Shown here: in pieces, positions 9,715-19,997 of the stretch
Layout: each line of letters opens with the position of its first letter
Position numbering within the stretch: the stretch's first letter is position 1
Source: Balamuthia mandrillaris
Lineage: Eukaryota
DNA length: 20,000 nucleotides
Reading direction: 5' to 3'
Assembly (NCBI GenBank): GCA_031835245.2
Contig: JAVKOQ020000047.1
Coordinates: forward strand, 236,120 to 256,119
Notes under the pieces: model-generated
The model's input: the letters and a program-made list of their open reading frames with translations, nothing else
The model's database searches: none
What the model was told of the DNA's origin: nothing
Made by a program: the position numbers and the translations under genes

Positions 9715-10917
9715 TTAAAATAATAATGGATCCTTTAAATTATTCCAATACTTTATAATCAAGCGTTGAGGTAATTCTTTTTCTTGTTTCCACATAGGAT
9801 GATTTGCTCCTTTCCATTTGACTTGATATAAAACAACTTTGCTATCCAACTTATCATCATCACCAATTATTTGTTCCCATTTATGATCCAATATTTCTTC
9901 TACTACATCCATTATCTCTGTTGTCATTATTGCTTCATTTTCATTTTCATCCAACAATAAGTTTGTCTCAGAATATTTATCATCATCATCATCATCATTA
10001 TCATTCATAAATGTAAGTCTTCTAAGTCTTTTATATCTTCTTTTTGAAACTTGATCTGCTACTATTGATTGAAATAAAAATTTATATTAATTAAAAATAA
10101 AGAAAATAACTAGAAAAAGAAAGTACTGTTTTACCACTCTCCCATAATACCTATCCCTATCTCTCCTTGTATATATATTTCTTTCTTTCATTCTATTAAA
10201 GGTCTTTTTCCCTACGCCCATCGAGTTGGTGTCCGTTAGGCTATTCCCCTACCGGCCTTATCACAGTACCTTTGTCTTCTTCATTTTCTTCAAATTGCTG
10301 TTGTAACTCTTGAAGTACATCAGATTCTTCTTGTGTTTCTTTTTGTTTTTCATCATCATCATCATCATCATCAATCTCACTACTATCTTCCAAAAATAAT
10401 GAAACTATATCATCATAAGTAGATTGCCATTCTTCTTCTTCTTCTTCTTCTTCTTCTTCTTCTTTTTCTCCATCATCCTTAATATCATCTTTTATTTCTT
10501 TTTCTTTTTCTTCTTCGTCTTCTTCTTCTTCATGATTACACCACCAATTTGGATCTTTTATCTTCAAGTTTTGTTGAATAACAAGTCGCATACGATTCAC
10601 AATTTTTCTACCTAACTGATGATCCTTTTGAGCTAGCTGATACTTTGGTATAATGTGTATTATGAGTATCAAAACTATGAAGCATAGCTCGAGCTAACTT
10701 GATTCTAACTTCTTCTGGAACTGAAAGATCTCTAGCAGTCAGTACTTGCAATAATGCATCGACTTTTACCAGGAGTAATGCCAAAAACTCCAGTTCTTTC
10801 TTGTAGTTTTATGGACATACGATGTCCAAGTTTAGTATGTGGTTGACCAGAAGAATTACAAAAAAAGAAGTTGGTTTGTGGATTCAGCTGTGATCTGATA
10901 TATAACTCATAATCAGG
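9715..10917 (-). pseudogene. 5'-truncated, frameshifted tyrosine recombinase C-terminus + acidic linker + chromodomain (intron 10269-10062)
   Basis: Manual translation: YELYIRSQLNPQTNFFFCNSSGQPHTKLG...ITPGKSRCIIAST [frameshift ~10740] ARDLSVPEEVRIKLARAMLHSFDTHNTHYTK [frameshift ~10640] into ORF 10241..10672. A GT-AG intron then joins in phase to ORF 9715..10008, which contains VEEILDH...YQVKWKG...W..EKEL...IIKYW (chromodomain). The R...MxHS...Y spacing matches YR box II. Confidence 0.72.
10127..10265 (+). mobile_element. Solo LTR-like insertion, 139 bp, TGT...ACA termini, 4-bp target-site duplication GTAC
   Basis: GTAC at 10123-10126 and 10266-10269 flank TGTTTTA...TATCACA. Inside are TATATATA (~10170), ATTAAA (10195-10200) and a GC-richer 3' part within otherwise AT-rich DNA. 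Removing it restores a ~65-nt GTAC...AG intron. Confidence 0.7.
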
Positions 10918-10929
10918 TTAGGGTTAGGG
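10916..10929 (+). repeat. Short interstitial telomeric tract GGTTAGGGTTAGGG
   Basis: About 2.3 copies of TTAGGG, seen directly, at the exact point where the YR-chromodomain reading frame stops matching. Confidence 0.8.
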
Positions 10930-11061
10930 GCGGGTACTCAGAACCTACGGCATTCAACTCCCCATGGTCCATTCTATAAAACTCTAAGTCTATAAGTCTA
11001 ACGGATAAAGTGGGTCAAAGTAGCAATTTTTTCAATTTTCGTATAGGAATACCTATATAAT

Positions 11062-12205
11062 CTAACAAGATATAATCATAATATCATCATCATCATCATC
11101 ATCATCATTCTCCTCTGTCTCTTCCTCTTCATCCAAGATGGATATAACTGTAGTGGTAGTAAAAGTAGGAGATGATGATGGGGAGGAAGTGTTGTCATTA
11201 TCATCATCATCATCCGATTTGTCAAAGTCCTCATCATGGGCCACCAAGTATTTGGCCTTCAAAGCGTCCAGATTGTTGGAGAATTCTGTGAGGAGATTGC
11301 GCCATTTATCATAGCAATCATTGTTGGTTCGACGTTGGGTAGGCAAGTGTTTGGCAATCTCCAACCAAGACCATCCATCACGCAAGCGCCAAGTGACAAC
11401 TCTACGGATTTCTGGTGCCTGCCAAGCGATCCGTTGTCGATGGCCATTCTTCTGATATTTGAGTCGATTGGATAACAATTGTTGTCGCTGAAGCGCTCTG
11501 CGAACTCGTTGTCGTCGTGGTGTTTGTTTTTTTGAGTCAGGACTCTTGTCATCATCATCATCAGCATCGAGAGAAGCAAGGGAGGAGGATGATTGCTCTT
11601 GACGAGGGGTGAGGAATGCTTTGTGAATGGGTGATCCGTTGACCAACTTGGGAAGTACAGGAGCTACAAACTCATCCACCAGCTCATTCAAGCCACTGAA
11701 AAAGCTTTGCAGAATGCCAGAGATGTGTTGACGGCACAGCTGGCGATGAATATTGGGCCAACGAAGAGGAGATTTGTTTTTGGCCTCATAGGTGGCTGCA
11801 GCTTCAGCTAGCACATCCTTATCAAACTCATCTGGATGATTTTCTACCCAAGCGGTACAACATTCAAGCCACAAGGAGCGATAAAATCGTATTTGTTGAT
11901 CTTTGGTTGGCAAATCTGTTCGTTTCATGAACCACCTAAAGAAGCAGTGTAAAAGAAGAAGAAGAAAGAAAGAGAAAGTGAGAGAAAGAAAGAGGAAAAG
12001 AAAGAAAAAGGGAAAAGAGACAAAAAACAAAGTGTGAGTGAATGTTAAAAGAAGAACAAATGAACTAAGACCAATTATAACAATTATTGTTTAGACTATG
12101 AATGTTGCTGCTGTCACAATAAACCTGTGCGTTCTAGCTGAGCGCTAGGTCTAAGGGTGCATTTTTGAATGCAAGCAAGCAAACAAACAAGCTAAAAACT
12201 GACTG

Positions 12206-12246
<41 letters not shown>

Positions 12247-13378
12247 TGGTGATGGTGGTGGATACTATGCAAACAAAACAAACAAACAAACACAAACAAA
12301 CAAACCGTTGGCGAACAGCATGAATAAAACTCTGATAGTTGGTATCTGCAGACCAGTTGGATTGTTGCAAAGCATCTGAGGATAGATTGTGAAATGCTTC
12401 TTTGGTAACTAGCTCTGGAGCAATAACTGTATGTATGCAAGGGAGTGAGAATGAAAAGAACCAAAAAGAGAGCAAGTCAGTCCATCAAGTGATAGTGGTG
12501 GTGGTGGTGGTGATGGTGGTGGTGGTGGTGGTTTATTGACGCTGGTCAGGCAGCCAGCCCAGCCAAAGAAAAAACAAAAGAAAAAACAAAACTCAGACGA
12601 GCAGTAACGAACCACAATGTCGAGGAGGATGATAATCAGCAGTGGTAGTTGCAACAGAGGATGAAGATAATGAAGAAGAAGAAGAAGAAGAAGAATGAGG
12701 ATGAGTGGTGGTAACATTGCTGACCAAGCGATTGGCCACAATAGCACGTTTTAATGTATCCTTGACGTAGACTTGCTGGGATCTACCACGAGGTACCCAA
12801 CCTGCGATAAGGGCAGTAGTATCCAGTACATTGTTCTGACTGTGACCTTCCTGCAGTCCCTCCAAGATCAAGGCAGTGCAAAGGAAGCCAGCACGCAAGG
12901 AGTGAAAGGAAAACAATCCTTCAGGATAACCAGCCCGAACAGCCCGATCTTGCAACTTGGCATTTAAAGTATCGCGTGACCATCCCCATAATGATGTTTG
13001 TTTTTGTTTGTCTGTCAAGCGCCAGTTGTGAAACTCGCGCAAATCCAAACCATGCTTGCATAACAGATGCTTGTTTAACCAGTAAATAAAATCTCCAAGA
13101 CAAATGCTTGGTGTTGATGTTGTTGATGTGGTGGCAGCAGGGGTGGTGACAGCAGCGGTCCTAAGTGGTGATGATGGTGATGGTGATGGTGAAGAAGATG
13201 ATCCTCGTGATGATGATGATGATGGTAGTGGTGGTGGTGGTGTTAAATAACCTTCAAATGTAACGATATGATTCCAATGATTTGGTATTCCTTTAGTGAC
13301 TTGTTGGCACAATGAAAGGAAATAAAGAGGAGGAGCAGAAAATGTATCCTCTTGGTGATGGCAGCTGATGTTGTCATT

Positions 13379-13432
<54 letters not shown>

Positions 13433-13901
13433 GAAAGAGGAGGATGAAAGTTTAGGTCGAAATGCCACAATATCACCCAAACGAATGTTTGCAGCTGTAA
13501 TGGCTCTGGCACCAGTACAAACACTGTGTAACCAACAACTGGCTTCAGCAGCTTTGCTCACCAGTCCATCTGGAGTGGATGCGATAATATGTAAGACATC
13601 ATCTAACAAATATGCGTCTTTGCACAATTGTTTGCTAGAACAGGAGGGTTTGGCTCTTTTGCAATGTCGAATGGCCTGTTTGACTTGATCTTTGATGGCA
13701 TCCATTTGGTTTTTTAGCAACAACAAGTAAGCATGGTCTGAGGTTGTTGTCAATGCTGTAGTGCGTCCTGTCGCTCCTGTTGTTGCTGCTCGAGTGACAC
13801 CATCACCAAGAAGGGTTCTGGATAAAGGAGAAGGTGGGAAAGAAGTGGTACATGATGATGATGCTGGAGTTGAAGAGATCATGGAGGAAACAGAGGAGGA
13901 G

Positions 13902-13936
<35 letters not shown>

Positions 13937-14837
13937 GAAGGAGGAGGATGCAGAAAGGGAGTCAAGCTGTTGTTGGATACTTTCATCATGCAAACGATAA
14001 AGACTGGCAATCATGACATCACGCACAGAGCTCAAGGCATAACCCACATCCAAAATCAACCATTGAACAAAGGCTCCTACGTTATGACGTTGGAGATTCA
14101 AAGGAAGAGCTGGCAAACATTTATGATGCGCACAATGTGCTTCCCAGATGGCCAAAGTCCAGGCATGTTTACGTTGGGTAGAAGGGCTCCATCGACTCGT
14201 CACTGCCGTCAACTCTGTCCACCGCTCTTCTGTCAAACGGTTCATCAATGTGATAGCACGAGAAAGACGTCTTCCTCCACCATCACCACCACCACCATTA
14301 CTACTACTGCTGCCATGTGTAGTATCGTCGTCATCATTATCATCATTTGTTCTAGCTCTATTTTGTTGTTTCTCTATTTTTCTCTTTTTTCCTTGTTTTT
14401 CTTCTTTGTGTTCTTCTTCATCTTCTTTTTCGTCTTCAGTCAACAACAACAAATCAATCAATGTTGATGGGGTTGTTGTTTTGCTTCTTGCATCTTCCTC
14501 TGTTTCTACTTCTCCTCTTCTTCCTCTTAATGAAGATGATGATGATACTGATAAATTACTATCACCGTTGCTATCCATAACATCACCATCATTGTTCTCA
14601 AAGACAAAGGACTCTGAATTTGAAGAAGAAGAAGAAAAAGAAGAAGAAGAAGAAGAAGAAGAAGAAGGAGGAGGAGAAAAAGGGAGAGAAGAAAAAGAAG
14701 AAGGAGGAGGAGGAGAAGAAGGGGAACAAGCAGAAGAAGAAGAAGAAGAACAAGCAGAAGAAGAAGAAGAAGAAAAAGAAGAAGAAGAACAAGAAGAAGA
14801 AGAGGTCATCCTTTCTAAAGATTGTTGTTGTTGTTGC

Positions 14838-14882
<45 letters not shown>

Positions 14883-15297
14883 CGTTGTTGTTGTGGTTGT
14901 GATTGAGTAAATGATGAAGTGGCGGTGATGGTAGTGGTAGTGGATGAAAAGGGTGATGCAGAAAACGGAGGAGGTGAAAAAAGCTCTGCAGGATTATCAA
15001 CAACAATAACAGGAGCAGAAGCAACAACAGTTGCTGGTGGTGGTGTTTTTAACAAATAATGATCCAAAAACTGCTTGCGAACGAATGACCGAGTGTTGAG
15101 AGCCTGATAGGGAGCAAAGTGATGATTGAAAGATGTTGTTGATGAGGATGAGGGTGATGATATTGAGACAATCGTTACTTCATCATCCTCTTCTATTGCT
15201 GTTACTGTTGTTGCTATTGCTGCCTCTTTGTTGTTGTTGTTGTTGTTGTTTAGTAGTGATGGTTTGTCAAAGACAGCAGGAATAGATATATTATCTT
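11062..15297 (-). CDS. Tyrosine recombinase fused to a C-terminal Myb/SANT (telobox-like) domain; exons (15297 or ATG 14809)-12613, 12426-12306, 11935-11062; 1063 aa from ATG 14809
   Basis: Core-binding-like helix region STQRKHAWTLAIWEAHC...VGAFVQWL, then catalytic TGAR (R 13505-13507), VTKG, FHSLRAG (H 12902-12904, R 12893-12895), AGW (12797-12799) and VY (12767-12769). Two GT-AG introns join in phase to an exon encoding RIAWQAPEIRRVVTWRLRDGWSWLEIAKHLPTQRRTNNDCYDKWRNLL (~11290-11436). The frame is open up to an acceptor at 15298; the true start is unresolved. Confidence 0.85.
12206..12246 (+). repeat. (GATA)n microsatellite in a YR-Myb intron
   Basis: Perfect tetranucleotide run, seen directly. 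Confidence 0.95.
13380..13433 (+). repeat. (TTG)n run encoding poly-Asn inside the YR catalytic domain
   Basis: Perfect trinucleotide run, read as AAC codons on the minus strand between the TGAR and VTKG motifs. Confidence 0.95.
14620..14900 (+). repeat. GAA/GGA and TTG triplet arrays encoding poly-Ser and poly-Gln in the N-terminal part of the YR ORF
   Basis: Low-complexity triplet runs seen directly, in frame with ORF 12593..15067. Confidence 0.9.
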
Positions 15298-15301
15298 CTG
15301 T

Positions 15302-15339
<38 letters not shown>

Positions 15340-15905
15340 AAACAAGTAAATTGTAGACACAAACACAAACACAAACGACAAATGTTGGAAACAAAAGAAA
15401 CACGAAGTTAGTAAGTCTAGTCTGATGGATGAATGAAGATATAGATAATAATAAAGAATGAGAACTATTTGGAGACTTGTTTTTGTTTTTCCTTTCCTTT
15501 CCTTTCTTGATTGTTTCTTGTCGTTTCTTTCTTTCTTTCTTTCTCCCTTTTTACATCTAGCAGTAGTAGGAGATTCATTTTTATAATTGCCTTTTCATTC
15601 TTTGTTTGTTTACATTTCTTGTTGTCTGTCTATTAGTATTATTATTTGCAACAATACTAACTACTGTTTTTGCTTGTTTGTCATGTCACTCACTCCTTTA
15701 CTCACCATGCTATGCTTAACAACTCTTACCATCATCATCACCACCACCACCATCACTACTCTACCATCCATCCATGAATCTATCCATCCATCCATCCATT
15801 GTTTAACCAGTATTATTACCACCAACCAACCAACCAATCAACCAACTAACTCAAGCTTTCTCTCAAACAACCAAACTAATATAACTAACTAAAAAGAGAA
15901 AGAGA

Positions 15906-16192
15906 TCACCTGCCTGAGTTACGGCGTTGTGAACGAGTTGTGGCTCCTTTTCTGTTGTTGTTGCTGCTACTGCTAGATGAGGCAGCCACGGCAGCAGCAG
16001 CTCTTTGCAAAGATGATTTGGCAGCAGCAGTAGCAATAGCCTTTTGAGCAGCAGCTGCAGCCTTGCGTGTAGATTTGCTGCTAGGGCTCTTGGTAGCACT
16101 TGTCTTTTCCTCTTCTTTCTGTTTTTCTGCTTTTTTTTCGCCAGCTTCTGCTTCTGCTGCTTTTGGCTTCTTTTTCTTTTTCTTTTTCTTTT

Positions 16193-16224
<32 letters not shown>

Positions 16225-16296
16225 CTCATCTTCATTTTGTGCTGCTGCTGCTGCTACTTGTTTTGCTGGGTCATTAGCAGGTTTTTTTGATACTAG

Positions 16297-16328
<32 letters not shown>

Positions 16329-18012
16329 AAATCAGTAAGGCTTGAATGAGAAATCACAAAGGCATAACAGTGTAAACAAACACCAAAAAGATAGCGCTCC
16401 GCTGGAGCGCTAAACAATTAACACCAAAAAGGCAACCAACAAAAAAACAAATAATAATAAGAACAAAACTGGAGCTAAAAAGCTGCCGCTCCGACGGAGC
16501 GCCACTGCATAAGCATAGAATTGCAACTGAAAAGCCCAAAAACAAAAAAAAAAACACCACGAGGAAGAGAACAACCAAACAAACAAACAAACAAACAAAT
16601 AAACATCAAACAAACAAACAGAAAACCAGTAAACCAACAAAACAAAGACAAAACACAAAGCTAGTAGAAAAACTGACGGACGAATGGACAGACAGACGGA
16701 CAGATAGAGAACCAAACTCGAATAGACACATAAAATAAAAATACATACATTCTAACACGTCTATCAGTATGGAATCATCAATCTCTTTATCCACCATTGC
16801 ACCTGTTGAAGGAGCTGTCTTGTTGGGGATATCTGACTTTGTTTTGCTATCTCCAGCACCATCACGTGTATCTGCATGCATGCATGCATGCATGCAAGTG
16901 TGGTTAGTGCATATGTGAGTTGTTGTAAGTAACACCAAACGTGAGCGCCTCTTACCTGCTACATTAGTGATATCAAGGCTCATGAGACTGGCCATCTCAT
17001 CATCATCATCATCATCTGAGGAGCTGCTGCTGCTGCTGATGCTAGGAGCAGTAGACTTGGTGGAAGTTGCAGGCTTCTCTGTCCTCTTGGGTTCTTCCTC
17101 TTCCTCTTCCTCCTCTTCCTCTGACTTGCCTGACTCTACTGACTTATCTGATGCCTCTGACTCAGATGAGGTCTCTAACTCCTCCGACTTATCTGATGCC
17201 TCTGATGCGGATGAGGCCTCGGACTCCTCTGACTCGGTGGCCATAGTCTTCTTTTGTTTCTTTTTCTGCTGTTGTTTCTGCTTCTCCTTCTCTTGTTCCT
17301 TTTCCTTCTCTTTCTTTTTCTGCTGCTGTTGCTTCTGCTTTTGCTTCTCCTTTTCCTTCTCCTTCTTCTTTTTCTGCTGCTGTTGCTTTTGCTTCTGCTT
17401 CTCCTTGTCCTTCTGTGTCTGCTTCTGCTGCTGCTTTTTTTTCTTTTTTTTCAACAACTGTTGATCATCATCTGCCTTCCGTGGCTTCTTGCTTGTCACA
17501 GGAGAGGAAGAGGCAGCAGAGGAAGACATAGCTCTTGGGCGCTTTGTTGAGCTTGGTTTTTGCTGCGCTGTTTCTGCTGTTGCTGCTAGGTCCATTGTGT
17601 CTGCGAACACACCAGCTGAGGTAGCATTTCCACTATCATCACCGCACCACCACCACCACCACCACCACCACCTCCACCCAGGATACTGCCATCATCGAGA
17701 CTAAACTCCGCATCATCCAAACTACTCTGGTCTACAGCAGCAAAAGAGCGAAGGTCAGGCCCAAAAAACTCTGTCAAGTCAATACAGGGGCTGGCATCAA
17801 CAGAGATATCTTGCTGCAGCTCACTGCTCTTCTGAGCCAGCTTGTCCATGGCTTTTTGGTGCCTAACAGAATGGCGTTTGGCACGATGCTTTTCCCTCTT
17901 CATTTCTGTATTGCCGACTTGGGTAGAGGTGGTATGGATAGGCTGCCATGTTTTGTTATCCAATTGATCCACATATTGTAAATCCCTGGAGAATGACAGA
18001 GAGAGAAAGAGA

Positions 18013-18056
<44 letters not shown>

Positions 18057-19997
18057 AAGAGAGAAAGAAAGAGAAACAAAGAAAAAGAAAAAGAGAGAGA
18101 AAGAAAGAGAAAATGTTAAAAGGAAAGTAAGTGGGAGGAGGTTGGTAGTGAGTGGTGAGTTGTTCCTTTCCTATGAAACAAACAAACAAACAAACAAACA
18201 AACAAATAAACAAACAACTTACCAATCAGCCGCGAGTGGTGATATAGCATCCAGCTCAGGCAAGTCCTTTACATGCACAATAGCAGCTGCATTGTATAAC
18301 GGGTCTGCTGGCATGTTTGCGGTAGCAGAGCTGCTGCTAGCTTTACTCTTGTTCTTGCTTTTGCTGCTGCTGCTGCTGCTGCTGCTGCTTTTGCTTTTGC
18401 TTTTGCTTTGCCGTCGCTCAGGTTTCCTGGATTTTTCCAGTGTGATGTGCGGCCACACTCGCTCCAGTTGAGAACGAACCGGATGACGAATGCGTGTCTT
18501 CCAGAGCTTTCTATCCAAAGGATCCAACTCCAGCGGAGTATTATGTTGTTGCGCTTCCTTCACCAAGCAGCGACGAACAGCAAGCATCAACCGCTTGACA
18601 TCCTCCAAAGGTCCAGAAAGGTTGATGCTGGTAGAAATGCGCATGCCTTTCAAGGATTTCAGACTGGCAAAGTTCAACGCGTTCTCTGCCAAGGCTTCTT
18701 GCACCGTAAAGGGAGGACAATAATGGGTTAGCTTCATACGGTATTGGAACAACTTTTCCTTGGCAGAATACTGCTTCTCTACCATTGCTTCCATTCGGGC
18801 TGCCTGCTCTAATTGCTGGCGGTCCAATGGGGGATGTAAGAAGGCTTCTGGATCTTCCTCCATCACTACTGCTTCTTGTTGTTGTTGTTGTTGTTGTTGT
18901 TGTTGCTCTTCACCTTCTTCCTCTTCTTCTTCCTCCTCCTCTTCTCCTCCTTCTGATATCATCTCTTGTTGCACTTTGGTTCGATGGCTGCTGGTTGTTG
19001 GCTTTGAGGGGATAGATGACATTAGGGCATCTGCCAAAGATGACTCGTTCAACCATTCTTGGCGCAGCGGTGGCAAACGGGTATTCTCCTCGTGTGTTGC
19101 GCTATCACTATGAGCAAGCACGCAAGGGGGCGAGTGAGTGAGTAAACAAGCAAAGGGAATATAGAGAGGCGGCAAGGATAACATGTCTTGCATTGCATGC
19201 AAGCAAGCAACCAAGCAAAAGAGAAGCAACATACTGGATAGTTTTGGCCCGTAATAACATAAAAAGTTTCTGCAGGCCAAGAGGGAGTTGTCTATATACT
19301 AACAACAGTTCTTCCCGGGTGAAGGAACCCTGAAAAACGCGTCCTTTGCGGTTGCGCCGTTCATCCGAGGAGGGCACCTCCTTCAGAATGCTATACACTG
19401 CAGCGTTAATGAGGTTACGGATCCAACTTCCAGTTGGTGTCTCATAAAACCTGCTGCTGCTGCTGCTGCTACTGCTAGATTGGGAGGAAGTAGCATCCAA
19501 CGGTTGTTGTTGTTGTGATGAATCCATCGGCGGCAAGACTTCTTTGCCACGATCAAGACCAAGAGCGGCTTGATGCAACACATCCCAATGACCTTTGCGA
19601 ATGGATTGCGCCAGCCACTTCCACCGTGGATTTTCCAGACCGTTGACGATCCAAGGTCCTTCAACGATGCTGCCATGGCAGCGTAAGCCATTGGCCACGA
19701 TATCACCCAATTCCTGGATGATTCCCTCGTTCTGGGCCTGCAGCCATCCAAAGTGAGCAAGAGAGAGTTAGTACTTTCCTTCCAACCACTAATTGAACAA
19801 CCAAGCAACCAACCCAAACAAACAAACAAACAAACAAACAAACAAACAAACAAACAAACAAACAAACAAACAAACAAACAAACAAACAAACAAACAAACA
19901 AATAGATAATGATAAACGGACGGACCTTTTGTCTACAAAACCTTAGAAAGGTTTTGCTTTGCTCTGTATTTACTTCAGACGGAGGGCTGACCACCAT
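15906..19997 (-). CDS. Large multi-exon protein of unknown function, possibly 5'-partial, with two apparent frameshifts; exons 19997-19926, 19737-19235, 19107-18223, 17985-16956, 16871-16749, 16292-15906
   Basis: Five GT-AG introns join ORFs 19383..19997, 19108..19710, 18219..19280, 17586..17972, 16606..17610 and 15906..16235 in consistent phase. Frame breaks occur at the GGT run (~17645) and the GAA/GAAAAA run (~16170-16200). The N-terminal segments look globular and the C-terminus is K/Q/E/S low-complexity. No family recognised. Confidence 0.6.
17998..18112 (+). repeat. GA/GAAA purine microsatellite (intron polypyrimidine tract on minus strand)
   Basis: Seen directly; lies just upstream of the minus-strand acceptor at 17986. 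Confidence 0.9.
19815..19902 (+). repeat. (CAAA)n microsatellite in an intron
   Basis: Long perfect tetranucleotide run. Shorter copies occur at ~12275-12304, ~16576-16620 and ~18176-18215, mostly in the donor-proximal part of minus-strand introns. Confidence 0.95.

Larger units (their letters stand above)
9155..10915 (-). mobile_element. Remnant of an AT-rich YR-chromodomain element (3' portion only)
   Basis: AT-rich block bounded by a palindrome on the left and a telomeric tract on the right, carrying a broken YR-chromodomain gene. The boundaries are inferred. Confidence 0.5.

Noticed and set aside
10916..10929. True chromosome end
   Set aside because: Only about 2.3 repeats, with unique sequence on both sides. 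A chance match is possible in isolation; it is kept as a finding only because it coincides with a breakpoint and a telobox-like domain.
11042..11057. Hairpin TATAGG-AATA-CCTATA just after the YR-Myb stop codon, as a terminator
   Set aside because: A 6-bp AT-rich stem is expected by chance, and bacterial-type terminators are not relevant in this eukaryotic context.
13243..15341. Numerous poly-K/E/C/L/F ORFs in alternative frames (for example 14148..14906, 14620..14910, 13368..13688)
   Set aside because: Stop-free frames created by triplet microsatellites within the real minus-strand YR exon.
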